From assembly GCA_036679605.1 (NCBI GenBank), contig JAZDCZ010000433.1:1-31766 (forward strand): a stretch of 31,766 bases of DNA, given 5' to 3'. The stretch's first letter is position 1. Each line of letters starts with the position of its first letter. A program made the position numbers and the translations under genes. The DNA comes from Gemmatimonadota bacterium (GTDB taxonomy: Bacteria > Gemmatimonadota > Gemmatimonadetes > Gemmatimonadales > GWC2-71-9). Shown here piece after piece: positions 16,883 to 26,223 of this stretch. The notes beneath the pieces were generated by a model. That model made no database searches. It had not been told where the DNA came from and saw only the letters and a program-made list of their open reading frames with translations.

Positions 16883-18811
16883 CTATGGAAGGCATTGAGA
16901 TTGAATGGCAAGCCTTGTCGAAGTGAGTGTATCGCCCGGTAAAGGTCGAATTTCGACTACGCCAGAGGAGTTGATAAACGCGATCGGTAAGGTTCCCCGA
17001 TGATCATGCACCATGGAGTGTCCTGTCGCTTGGTCGAACATATGCTTTGCAGACACTGTTTTCACTGTGTTCACCGCATCGGCAAACATAGTGGACGTAC
17101 CTGCACTTCCCGCTATCGATTCCAGTAATTTGTTGATGTTGCCGCAAACCGTTAACACCTCCCGCTCGATTTCTGCCTGGTGTGAAGGCGGGCTCTGACC
17201 GTCTTTTTCATGGCTCTTGACCCCCGAAAACAGGGCCGCGGCCGGGGTAGGGCCAGCCAGAAACGTGGTGGCGTCCACAAAATTGAGCGAGGTGCCACCA
17301 ACGAAATAGTCGAATCGAATCGAGTAAGGCTTGAGGTGCTCATTAAACCAGACCCGCCGGTCATAGTTATGCGTGGTACTTGTGTGGTAAGTATACCCCT
17401 TGTTGGGCCCACTAGGCACGACGGCCTGGGTCACGGACCCCTGTAGGGTGAGGCCCATCGAACCATCGGGATTTGTATTTTCACCTAGGACGCCCATGGC
17501 AGTACCTGGCCGAAAGGTTGGCCGGGCACCGGGAGACAACTCGGCGCCCATGCTGCTCGGAGTGGCCGTCCATCCGGCGGTCGTGCGCGGGTCAACCGTG
17601 AGGCTCGCCGGCTCTGCTAGGTGTGGCCCGTTGAGGTCCGTCGCGACCACAGTTACCATACCGGATAGCACTGCTTTTCCGTTCCATTTGTTGTTCCCGG
17701 TTGAAACAAAGCCGCCGGCCGGTACACGGCTGGCTACCACAGTTGGAGCCTCTCCTGGAAAGAGTACGATAGGGTCTGGCTGGAAGAACCAATCGAAGAC
17801 GACACCACCATTCCACAGGGGCGAGAGACTGCTTCTTGTCGCCTCGCATTCGGTGTCCACCCCACGTATCACCGGATCGCACGCAAGGAGGAGTGATATG
17901 AACCCGATTCCCGCGCTCGTGCACCCGTTATTGATGCCAAAGCGGGCCTCGCAGAAATCCTCCTGCGGGAAAGTGCAAACCCACATGGCAGATGCACTGC
18001 CACGACAAACCCCGCCAAAGCCGTCAGGTATCGTGCATCCGTTCAAGAACGACTGCTGTACGGAACACCCTCCCTCTACATCATCGCAGTCTGGATTTTG
18101 GGGGTCGATTTCGCAGCACGGGGTGTTCGGATCGTCGTCAGCGCAAGGTTCTACTATAATCTGCGAGGAAACAGCTGCACTGCTGGCAGGAGCCGCGAAC
18201 AACTTGCGCGGACCCAGGAATGTCTGCACGAGGGAAAACAGTCTATCAAGAGGGCCTGCCTTAGGCAGATCGTTCAACGCAAGCGTGGTCGGGGCACCAC
18301 CAGCGAGGCTGAACCGATTCCACGCGAAGTTGCGAGCCGCCGTACTCCGGGGGATTAGGCAAGTCGTTAGGCGTAGAAGGTGGTGCGGGTCATCGTCCGC
18401 AACTCTCCAGTAATTGTAGCCCATGGCGTTCCCTTCGGCAGCCTCAATCATCTCCGGCGGGAACTCGAGTTCCACCTGATCGCGAGTGAAGTGGGAGTTC
18501 TTTTCTCCCTCCTGAGGAGCCACCATCGTACTACACGTGCCGAGCTGGTTCGGTCGCTTGGGTAGGTTGGGGATATTCTCTCGAAAGAATTGAATTCGGG
18601 GGTCCGCACCATTGGCGATACCCCTTCTTGTTCCAGTCGTGGCCCGGGGGGTGTTCGAGGTGGTCTTCATATTGATGGGCGCAACTACGAATTGTGACTG
18701 AGTTTCATCGGGTGAGGTCGTCGTTGTCGCGGAATCACACCCCGCGATGCCAAGGACCAGCAGGGGAATGGTCGCCTGGAGCGACCGCCAAATAGGAATA
18801 CGTCGGTTCAT
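16883..18811 (-). CDS. Large Cys-rich lipoprotein
   Basis: GGAGGG RBS before ATG 18811; lipobox IAGC; central Cys-rich acidic segment. Confidence 0.75.
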   Translation of the reverse strand: MNRRIPIWRSLQATIPLLVLGIAGCDSATTTTSPDETQSQFVVAPINMKTTSNTPRATTGTRRGIANGADPRIQFFRENIPNLPKRPNQLGTCSTMVAPQEGEKNSHFTRDQVELEFPPEMIEAAEGNAMGYNYWRVADDDPHHLLRLTTCLIPRSTAARNFAWNRFSLAGGAPTTLALNDLPKAGPLDRLFSLVQTFLGPRKLFAAPASSAAVSSQIIVEPCADDDPNTPCCEIDPQNPDCDDVEGGCSVQQSFLNGCTIPDGFGGVCRGSASAMWVCTFPQEDFCEARFGINNGCTSAGIGFISLLLACDPVIRGVDTECEATRSSLSPLWNGGVVFDWFFQPDPIVLFPGEAPTVVASRVPAGGFVSTGNNKWNGKAVLSGMVTVVATDLNGPHLAEPASLTVDPRTTAGWTATPSSMGAELSPGARPTFRPGTAMGVLGENTNPDGSMGLTLQGSVTQAVVPSGPNKGYTYHTSTTHNYDRRVWFNEHLKPYSIRFDYFVGGTSLNFVDATTFLAGPTPAAALFSGVKSHEKDGQSPPSHQAEIEREVLTVCGNINKLLESIAGSAGTSTMFADAVNTVKTVSAKHMFDQATGHSMVHDHRGTLPIAFINSSGVVEIRPLPGDTLTSTRLAIQSQCLP

Positions 18812-19137
18812 ACACCCTCCGTTCGTGGTGATAGTGTGCCTCGGAGGGGGAGAGTTGCTTGGCTGTTGTGAACCGATGCCGCAGGACACGGTACGGTCCG
18901 TGCACCATGGGTGCACGAGACGAGTGAGCAATCTCAAACTAACTCCTTGGCAGTGACGGGGGGGGCAAGAAGTTATCGACACCATATCGGCATGTCAGGA
19001 TACCCGCAAGTAGTGGACCTGGGGTCGGTCGTTGATGTGACAATTGGAGGCGTCCGAACGGGAACCGCCGAACTCGAGTGGCGCCTCTAGGAGGGAGTTG
19101 TAGTAAACCGGTTGGCCCGGCTGAGGATTGCTGGTGC

Positions 19138-20097
19138 TTACCAGTTTAGGTCTACATTCGGCCACGTGGCCTTGAGTCCCGTCCCGATTCTATCCCGCAA
19201 CATCGTGGCACGCAGGTACGTGAGTGACCCGGAGGCCCGGAAATATCGCTCCGCTACGGCTGCGATGACGGACGCTGGGCGTGGCCCGGCGAGGGTGGGG
19301 ATCCACGCGTGAGCCCGCGCAACGAAAACGGTGACCACGATGCCTTGATGGCGACGCCACGGGCCGGGAGTCGGCACCAGCATTCGAACGGCTCCGACGA
19401 GCTCGTCGAAGGAATTGTTTACGGTCGATTCGAGAGTCGCGTAGTTGGGTGGATTCACCTCCAATGCAGCGAGGTCGGATTCGATGAGCGCACTAGCATC
19501 GATCACCAACATCCCGCCCCCGGAAGGACGCTTGAGCTGCGTTCGAGCTTTCGATACGGCCCGGCTTAGTCCACTTCTGGCGAACGGCGCCTTCACCTCG
19601 ACGCCATGGGCAAGATTGCCATCCGATATGATGAAGTCGGGTAATCCCTGATTCACAGGGGCCGCAATGGGCTTCCCATCCTGCCTGAGGATAGCCCCGA
19701 AGAAAAGCTGAGCTTGCAACTGAAGCGACGGCCCAGTTCGGGATCCGAGCTTACCCTTTATAGCACGCCGCATGTCCTCCTTTACCGTTCCGAGCAATGC
19801 GTCCTTATATACCATCGAAATCAGTGGCCACTCGGCGGCATCCCGGATGGCGTCAAGTAACTCGGTTCGTTTTTGGTCAGCAGTTGGGAAGGCGTCCGTT
19901 TTCGCAACACGTGAAAGAGCTCGCACTGCCGAGGGCAACCGGCTGGCGGACGGGACACTCATGCCGGCCGCGGCTAGCCGGTCGATCGCATCCTGGAGGC
20001 GGTCGGCAAACTCCCCGCAGCGACGCGGGGTCGTCTCAGGCCCAACGCTCCGGATATTCAAGCGACTCTGTCCCCCTTTGTCTTCGGTCTGCGGCAA
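19138..20097 (-). CDS. PD-(D/E)xK nuclease-fold protein (start uncertain)
   Basis: Motif PDFIISDGNLAHGVEVK followed by KARTQL...LVID. Confidence 0.6.
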   Translation of the reverse strand: MPQTEDKGGQSRLNIRSVGPETTPRRCGEFADRLQDAIDRLAAAGMSVPSASRLPSAVRALSRVAKTDAFPTADQKRTELLDAIRDAAEWPLISMVYKDALLGTVKEDMRRAIKGKLGSRTGPSLQLQAQLFFGAILRQDGKPIAAPVNQGLPDFIISDGNLAHGVEVKAPFARSGLSRAVSKARTQLKRPSGGGMLVIDASALIESDLAALEVNPPNYATLESTVNNSFDELVGAVRMLVPTPGPWRRHQGIVVTVFVARAHAWIPTLAGPRPASVIAAVAERYFRASGSLTYLRATMLRDRIGTGLKATWPNVDLNW

Positions 20098-20302
20098 TTA
20101 GGAGAAGATCACCAGCGTGCTCAATGTAGTGGGCTGGATCCGGCGCTCGCGACTTCCTTGCGGTGTCCCTCCCTGTGTGCCTATGTTGCGATTACATGAT
20201 TCTAGGCTGCGTCCGTTATCCCCCCTTGACGGATTCGTAGCCAGGAGTGGCTGGTCCGAGTGACCTGCCTTTGGAACAACGACTCGGGATGAGGAAAGGC
20301 CC

Positions 20303-20836
20303 ATGACCCGCACCATGGGATTGCTGATCGCCGGCGCAATGCTCGGGTGCGGTGATTCAACTGGGCCTCCAGACCCTCCTGAGTTCTTCATTACGACGGA
20401 CTCGCTGAGCTATACGCTGCACGAGACGGATGTATCAGACCTTTTTTCCTTCGACCTAGTTACGCAATTCACGAATGCTCTGCCGGACACGGTGTATATC
20501 CTCTCATGTGGCGGGAAGCCGTTTTGGCACTTTGAACACAGCCGTAACGGGGTCTTCACCCTGTCCGTACTCGGATTTGGCTGTGCGCCTACATTCCTAT
20601 GTGCGACGCCTTTCCCTCCCGGATCGGTTAGGACGGATACCGTTCAGTGGTTTTTCAGTCGGCGAGGCCCAAATAACGTGGAGCGTTTCGACCAGGAGAT
20701 TCCAGGAACATTTCGCGCCTCACTTGTCGTTTGGGACAGCCTAGGCGAGGCCCCGTTCACCGGCCGCGAGATCGCGAAGGAACTGCGCGTTTCCGCTCCC
20801 TTTGATATCCTTCCGGCCCCTGGTACAGGAGGCTGA
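20303..20836 (+). CDS. Lipoprotein, paralog 1
   Basis: GAGGA RBS; lipobox MLGC; similar to the next gene. Confidence 0.8.
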   Translation: MTRTMGLLIAGAMLGCGDSTGPPDPPEFFITTDSLSYTLHETDVSDLFSFDLVTQFTNALPDTVYILSCGGKPFWHFEHSRNGVFTLSVLGFGCAPTFLCATPFPPGSVRTDTVQWFFSRRGPNNVERFDQEIPGTFRASLVVWDSLGEAPFTGREIAKELRVSAPFDILPAPGTGG

Positions 20837-20837
20837 T

Positions 20838-21392
20838 GTGGGTCGAGGGCCCATACCAAGGAGGGCCATCCAGGCGATGGTTCTGATCGTGCTCGCAACG
20901 CTTGCATGCGGGGATTCGACTGAACCTCCAGACACGCCGGAGTTTTTCATCACCACGGACTCTTCGAGTTACACGCTTAAGGAGAGCGGCATACCAAATT
21001 TCTTCCTTATGAGCTTAGTCACTCAGTTCAAGAATCCTCTACCGGACACGGAGTATATTTCTTCATGTGGAGGAGGCCCATTTTTTCGGTTTGAACATCT
21101 CAGTGACGACGTTTTTACGCTCGCGGGACAAGGAGTCGCATGCGCGCCCCTTTTTCTCGGCGAGACCGCGTTTCCACCTGGCGCCGTAAGGACGGATACA
21201 CTCCTGTGGCCCTTCGACAACGGTGGAAATAACGAGCCATCATTCAACCGAGAGATCCCAGGGGCATTCCGCGTGTTCTTCATCGTGTGGGACAGAGTGG
21301 ACGTGGGTCGGCACACCGGCCGGGAGATTGCAAAGGAACTGCGCGTTTCCGCTCCGTTCGATATTCTGCTGGCCCCCGGTACAGGAGGGTAG
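20838..21392 (+). CDS. Lipoprotein, paralog 2
   Basis: GTG after GGAGG; lipobox TLAC; shares PEFFITTDS and TGREIAKELRVSAPFDIL with paralog 1. Confidence 0.75.
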   Translation: MGRGPIPRRAIQAMVLIVLATLACGDSTEPPDTPEFFITTDSSSYTLKESGIPNFFLMSLVTQFKNPLPDTEYISSCGGGPFFRFEHLSDDVFTLAGQGVACAPLFLGETAFPPGAVRTDTLLWPFDNGGNNEPSFNREIPGAFRVFFIVWDRVDVGRHTGREIAKELRVSAPFDILLAPGTGG

Positions 21393-21621
21393 CCGTACTC
21401 GATCGGTGCAGGTGCGGATAACGCCGCTATAACACCCGACCAGCGCGAGCCCGTGCGGTGCGCCTACGTACTCTTCGCAAGATTCCATCTACGTCAGACC
21501 ACGTATGGGTCGAGCCTCACTCCAAAGGCATTCTGTGTCCCACAGACGGATGCTCGCATGCGTTTGAGTCTGTCCACCTCGGAGAACTCGAGATGGTGGA
21601 GCCCTGACAAGGAGTCCCAAG

Positions 21622-22023
21622 ATGAGCTTGCGCCGTTATCGCCCCGTCGCACTCGTGTTAGTCGTACTCCACCTGAACGCCTGCACCGGTTGGCAACCTA
21701 TTTCGTTGCACACTGGCCCGCCTCCCGAGAAGGTTCGCGTCACGACCGAGACCGATCGGTTCGTCCTCAACGACACTCGATTCGTCGGCGATACGGCGAT
21801 TGCAGGGACGTGGAACGGAAGGCCGACCGATACCCACCTCGACCTTAGCGAGTTCGTGGGCGGCCTCCGTACCGTGCCGTTGACCGACGCCTTGTACGTG
21901 GAACGAGCGAGCTTCAGCCCTCTACGGACATTGGGCCTGGTCGTTGGGATTGGATTCGCGGTGTTCGTGGCTGCGATCGCGATCGCGTGCAGCGGTGGTG
22001 GTTGTGCCTACCGGGTGAGGTAG
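21622..22023 (+). CDS. Small lipoprotein with C-terminal TM helix
   Basis: AAGGAG RBS; LNAC lipobox; hydrophobic C-terminus. Confidence 0.75.
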   Translation: MSLRRYRPVALVLVVLHLNACTGWQPISLHTGPPPEKVRVTTETDRFVLNDTRFVGDTAIAGTWNGRPTDTHLDLSEFVGGLRTVPLTDALYVERASFSPLRTLGLVVGIGFAVFVAAIAIACSGGGCAYRVR

Positions 22024-22104
22024 GCTCGTTCGGTGGGTTGCTCGATTGGCATCCGCGCAGCGCGAGCCGGAGCTCGAGCGGTTCCGCACGCCGGTTGGCC
22101 CTGG

Positions 22105-22217
22105 TGTGTCACTTCATGTGTCGATTGGGCCGGTTTTTGTGTCGATTCAAAGCGGCAGATTCCGGCATGATCGGTAGGGAAGTACGGCAGATCGTGCGTC
22201 CTACCAAGGGTTTATCC
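22105..22217 (+). repeat. Junction J3 arm (113 bp)
   Basis: Identical to 31654-31766; direct repeats at 22105, 22117 and 22138. Confidence 0.95.
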
Positions 22218-22256
22218 GGGAGCAGGGGGTCCCCGGTTCGAATCCGGGCGCCCCGA
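22217..22256 (+). other. tRNA-Pro 3' half, anticodon loop to discriminator (att core; not a functional tRNA)
   Basis: CGGGA-GCAGG-GGGTC-CCCGG-TTCGAAT-CCGGG-CGCCCCG-A: perfect T-arm, G72/A73 Pro identity elements, no 5' half. Confidence 0.85.
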
Positions 22257-22304
22257 TAAACGAAAAGCCCGCGACACCTTAGGGTGCCGCGGGTTTTTCG
22301 TTTA
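22257..22304. terminator. Bidirectional intrinsic terminator
   Basis: TAAACGAAAAGCCCGCGACACC-TTAG-GGTGCCGCGGGTTTTTCGTTTA. Confidence 0.85.
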
Positions 22305-22315
22305 CTTGCGATGCT

Positions 22316-22852
22316 GGATGCGAACCGCAGGTTCGAGCCGAGCGGCCACCCGGCTCTCGAAGATCCCCCCGTTCTCCCGCGAGACGAGCGAGAATCGCTT
22401 CAGCGATTCGCAGCTCCATCCGGGCGAGGCCATCGGTGCTTGAGTCCCTAGTCGAGAACAGTCTGCCTGGGAGGGTCAACTCCAGTAGGCCTCTCGTGTT
22501 CGAGCCGCATAGCCGCGCAGCCACATCTCCTCTTCGAAGCGAACGCACGCACTGATTCGGTTTGGGGCGCCATAACGGAGCTTGGCACCCTTCGGTGGGC
22601 GTACCCATGCTTGAAACGGACGCCGAGTCCGGGGCCATGTATGGCGCGCGTGTATTTGCTGCGGTAAGTTTGCTTCGCCGTCTTACCACGCGAGCCGGTT
22701 CGGAAGGGGTTGGGGGGTGAAATACCGAAGCAGATCCGACGAAAGGTGTTTACACGCACTAGTTCGCAGACCTCCGCCACTCATTTCTTATACCGCCGGT
22801 CGCAGATCTCCGGAGGGTGTGTGGGTTCGCGCACGGCGGAGATTCACACGTT
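22316..22852 (+). repeat. Conserved left arm plus integron platform, copy D
   Basis: Homologous to 7675-8326; keeps only about 13 codons (MAPQTESVRAFAS, ATG at 22573 on the - strand) of the recombinase remnant. Confidence 0.9.
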
Positions 22853-22856
22853 AGGC
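22771..22856 (+). other. attI-like site of array D (core GTTAGGC at 22850-22856)
   Basis: Fits GTTRRRY; GTTAGGCGAA is the reverse complement of TTCGCCTAAC at 23711-23720. Confidence 0.85.
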
Positions 22857-23002
22857 GAAACCGTCTTGTATCAGTTTTGTTCCGACGAGATGACTGAATG
22901 TCAAGAGATGACGAGGGGTACCGAGAGGGTTCGCTCTCTATAGAACCGGACAATCGTGGCATCCGACTCTCCTTCGGAGGAGGGACTTCACGAGAGAGAC
23001 TG

Positions 23003-23695
23003 ATGCCCTCCCCCGATGCCAGTCAGACTGACCCACGCGCTTACTACGCGTACGCCCATGTGGACAGCTCCGGGCGCATCTTCTACGTGGGCAAGGGGAA
23101 AGGAAGACGGGCGTGGGACAAGGATCGGCATAGCGTCTGGCAGTTCTACGTGAACAGGCACTTGGACGGAGACTACCGCGTTCTGATTCTGGCAGACGGG
23201 CTGGAGGAGCGAGCCGCTGAGGATCTGGAGGCCGAGTGGATCGCCCAGGAAGGCGCGGGATTGGTCAACTGGTTCAACATGGCGCGCGGGATTGACCTTG
23301 AGGCAAACGCGAGATTCCATCGACTTAGAAACAAGAACCGGGACGTTGCCAGGCGAGCACGAGCGCTGGAGAAGTCAGACCTTGTTGCTGCCGTGGAGCT
23401 CTACGAGGAGGCTGTGAAGAGAATCGACGAGTACGCCTCGATCGACTATGAAGAGGGACTTGTAGGGGATCTCCTCCGGGAGATGCGCGAGGAAGAAGGC
23501 ATTGCTGGAGACATTGGAATCCTAGACCGGCTGTCGATTTGTCTCGTCCGATCAGGAAGAGCCTTGGATGCCCAGCGGATCGCGGATGAGTACTTCTCCA
23601 AGTATCGGAGGGACGCGAGGCTGAAGGTCGCTGATCGGATTCGAACCCGCGTCAGGAAGGCCGTCGCTCGTGTACAACACAGTCAGGAGACCTGA
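23003..23695 (+). CDS. Cassette D1: GIY-YIG-like nuclease with TPR-like helical C-terminus (alternative start 22898)
   Basis: YYAYAH...IFYVGKGKGRRAW...AEDLEAEWI...LVN. Confidence 0.75.
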   Translation: MPSPDASQTDPRAYYAYAHVDSSGRIFYVGKGKGRRAWDKDRHSVWQFYVNRHLDGDYRVLILADGLEERAAEDLEAEWIAQEGAGLVNWFNMARGIDLEANARFHRLRNKNRDVARRARALEKSDLVAAVELYEEAVKRIDEYASIDYEEGLVGDLLREMREEEGIAGDIGILDRLSICLVRSGRALDAQRIADEYFSKYRRDARLKVADRIRTRVRKAVARVQHSQET

Positions 23696-23713
23696 CGGAC
23701 CGGGCACGGCTTC

Positions 23714-23808
23714 GCCTAACAAGGGCGTTGCCGGCTCCGTTCGCTTCGCTCACTACGACGAACACGGCTCGCGGGGCGAGCCGCGTCGGCAACGCCTGAA
23801 CGTTATCG
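23714..23808 (+). repeat. attC-like site D1 (short family)
   Basis: GCCTAAC-AAG-GGCGTTGCCG...CGGCAACGCC-TGAAC-GTTATCG. Confidence 0.9.
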
Positions 23809-23898
23809 GCCAGCGGAAGGAAGACGACGCGCCTCTGGCTCGGGAGAGGGACAATGGGGTATGATCCGAGTGAGCCCGGACCCACCGAGGGAGAGTCG

Positions 23899-24105
23899 AT
23901 GAGAACGTATACAGCAGTTGTGGAGAGAGACCCGGATACGGGGCTCTTTGTCGGCTACGTGCCGGGGTTCGCGGGCGCCCATTCTCAAGGCACTACGCTC
24001 GATGAACTGAACAAGAACTTGAGCGAGGTGGTGGCCATGCTCCTGGAGGACGGCGAGCCGAAGCTCGAAGCTGACTTCATTGGTACCCAAACTATCTCGC
24101 CGTAA
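23899..24105 (+). CDS. hicB: Cassette D2: HicB-family antitoxin
   Basis: MRTYTAVVERDPDTGLFVGYVPGFAGAHSQGTTLDEL. Confidence 0.88.
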   Translation: MRTYTAVVERDPDTGLFVGYVPGFAGAHSQGTTLDELNKNLSEVVAMLLEDGEPKLEADFIGTQTISP

Positions 24106-24108
24106 CCC

Positions 24109-24333
24109 ATGGGTCAGTTGCCCGTCCTGAGGTCGCGAGAGGTGATCGCCATTCTCGCGAAGATGGGATTCGAAGAAGTAAGGCAACGAGGTTCTCACAA
24201 GCAGTTCCGTCATCAAGACGGTCGCCGCACGACCGTTCCAGTACATGGTGGACGCGATATCGCCCCCCTCCTACTCCGCCAGATCATCAAAGACATTCGA
24301 ACCACACCGGAGGAGTTTCTCCGGAACCGATAG
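24109..24333 (+). CDS. hicA: Cassette D2: HicA-family toxin
   Basis: GFEEVRQRGSHKQFRHQDGRRTTVPVH. Confidence 0.92.
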   Translation: MGQLPVLRSREVIAILAKMGFEEVRQRGSHKQFRHQDGRRTTVPVHGGRDIAPLLLRQIIKDIRTTPEEFLRNR

Positions 24334-24351
24334 ATCATCCGCAGCGCCGGC

Positions 24352-24501
24352 CGATAACACGGGGCCTCCGGCTCGGGCCGACAAGCGGCCCTCGACCCAA
24401 CCGGCCGCGAGCGGGAGGACGTTGAAATACAGGAGTGGTTCGTCGAAGGAAGCAGACGCGGCCAACGAATGAGGCCGGTTCGGAGGCCCTGAACGTTATT
24501 G
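24352..24501 (+). repeat. attC-like site D2 (long family)
   Basis: CGATAAC-ACG-GGGCCTCCG...CGGAGGCCC-TGAAC-GTTATTG. Confidence 0.9.
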
Positions 24502-24656
24502 GAAACGGGCCTTAAGGTTGATCACGGATTGCATGAATGGTTCGATATGAATCTTGTGATGCGGTCGCGTCGCACGGCAGTTTGGATGTCCTGCGCGCAG
24601 AATCCATCTTGTAATCCGTCACTCGGACAAATGACGACGACAAAGGACAAATAGTC

Positions 24657-25859
24657 ATGTATGAGATCATCTGCCCGCACTGCAAGAAGACCTTCAAGGT
24701 TGACGAGGCTGGGTACGCGGACATCCTCAAGCAGGTTCGCGACGAAGATTTCGAGCAGCAGTTGCATGACCGGCTCGAGTTGGCCGAGCAGGACAAGCGG
24801 AATGCCGTTGAGCTCGCGGAAACCAAGGGCGCCAGCGATTTAGAGAAGGCGGCCGCCACGAAAGACGCGGAGATTCAGGAGCTGAAGGCAACGCTCAACT
24901 CCAGCGAGGTAAAGCAGAAGCTCGCGGTTACAGAGGCGGTCAATGCCGTTGAAAAGGAGCGCGATGAACTGAAGAGCGGCCTTGAGCTGGCGCAACTTGA
25001 GAAACAGCTCGTCGAGAAGTCACTCAAGGACAAGTACGAGACGCAGATCAAGGATCGTGATGACGCGATCGAGCGACTGCGGGACATGAAGGCTCGCCTG
25101 TCTACCAAGATGGTGGGCGAAACCCTCGAACAGCACTGCGAAACCGAGTTCAATCGCATTCGCGCGACGGCGTTTCCGAGTGCGTATTTCGAGAAAGACA
25201 ACGACGCCCGAACTGGGAGCAAGGGAGACTACATCTTTCGTGACTCGGATGAGGCTGGCACCGAAATCGTCTCGATCATGTTCGAGATGAAGAACGAGAG
25301 CGACGAAACAGCTACCAAGAAGAAGAACGAAGACTTTCTCAAAGAGCTCGACAAGGACCGGAATGAAAAAAGCTGCGAATATGCGGTTCTCGTTTCACTT
25401 CTTGAACCTGACAGCGAACTCTACAACTCCGGCATCGTCGATGTGTCTCACCGTTACCCGAAGATGTATGTCGTCCGACCGCAATTCTTCATCCCGATCG
25501 TTACGTTGCTGCGAAACGCGGCCAAGAACTCACTGAAGTACAAAACAGAGCTCGCGCTAGTGAAAGCACAGAACATCGATATCACGAACTTCGAGAACGA
25601 ACTCGATACGTTCAAGACTGGCTTCGCCCGGAACTACGATCTGGCGTCCAGGAAATTCAAGACCGCTATTAAGGAGATCGACAAGACCATCGACCATCTT
25701 CAGAAGACCAAAGATGCGCTGCTAGGTTCTGAAAACAATCTCCGCCTTGCCAACAACAAAGCCGCCGACCTGACCGTGAAGAAACTGACTAAGGGCAACC
25801 CCACCATGGCCGCGAAGTTCGCTGGGCTCAAGAACGATGAAGCTTCCGATTCTGAATAG
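24657..25859 (+). CDS. Cassette D3: DUF2130 family coiled-coil protein
   Basis: EIICPHC N-terminus, coiled coil, [31 protein letters not shown]. Confidence 0.85.
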   Translation: MYEIICPHCKKTFKVDEAGYADILKQVRDEDFEQQLHDRLELAEQDKRNAVELAETKGASDLEKAAATKDAEIQELKATLNSSEVKQKLAVTEAVNAVEKERDELKSGLELAQLEKQLVEKSLKDKYETQIKDRDDAIERLRDMKARLSTKMVGETLEQHCETEFNRIRATAFPSAYFEKDNDARTGSKGDYIFRDSDEAGTEIVSIMFEMKNESDETATKKKNEDFLKELDKDRNEKSCEYAVLVSLLEPDSELYNSGIVDVSHRYPKMYVVRPQFFIPIVTLLRNAAKNSLKYKTELALVKAQNIDITNFENELDTFKTGFARNYDLASRKFKTAIKEIDKTIDHLQKTKDALLGSENNLRLANNKAADLTVKKLTKGNPTMAAKFAGLKNDEASDSE

Positions 25860-26104
25860 GCTTTGCTCTCACCACCGCCGAGGAGTGTGACGGCTAGCGA
25901 GGGCTTGCGGCTGACACCAGCCGGGCGGGCGTTCCTGGGTCTGGTACCTTCTGGCCGTGAACTTTTGTGGCTTCGGCGAAGCCCGCCAGCCCTGGCGGGC
26001 GGAGCTGAAGCCCGATCCGTCAGCGCCTAGACACAGGAGCCGGGATGTCCTCGTAGATCCTGCTTGGGTATCAACGGGCTGATGAGCCCAACGGGGCCCG
26101 CTCC

Positions 26105-26198
26105 CGATAACAATCAGTTGCCGGCTTCGTTCGCTTCGCTCACTACGGCCATCACGGCTCGCATGCGCGAGCCGCGACGGCAACTTAGAACGTTAAGC
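26105..26198 (+). repeat. attC-like site D3 (short family)
   Basis: CGATAAC-AATC-AGTTGCCG...CGGCAACT-TAGAAC-GTTAAGC. Confidence 0.9.
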
Positions 26199-26223
26199 GG
26201 AATAGCCTCAAGACGAGCGACCG

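Larger units (their letters stand above)
15279..22216. mobile_element. Island C: no attI or attC; secreted and lipoprotein cargo
   Basis: Lies between J2 and J3; starts with the shared left arm (15285-15414). Confidence 0.6.

Noticed and set aside
21427..21520. attC site starting at CTATAAC
   Set aside because: No complementary stem or matching GTT end, and no similarity to either attC family.
22217..22256. Functional tRNA-Pro gene
   Set aside because: No 5' acceptor strand or D-arm upstream; only the 3' half is present.
25860..26100. ncRNA in the non-coding tail of cassette D3
   Set aside because: Only short GC hairpins (for example GCCCGCCAG/CTGGCGGGC); no recognisable RNA family and no second copy.
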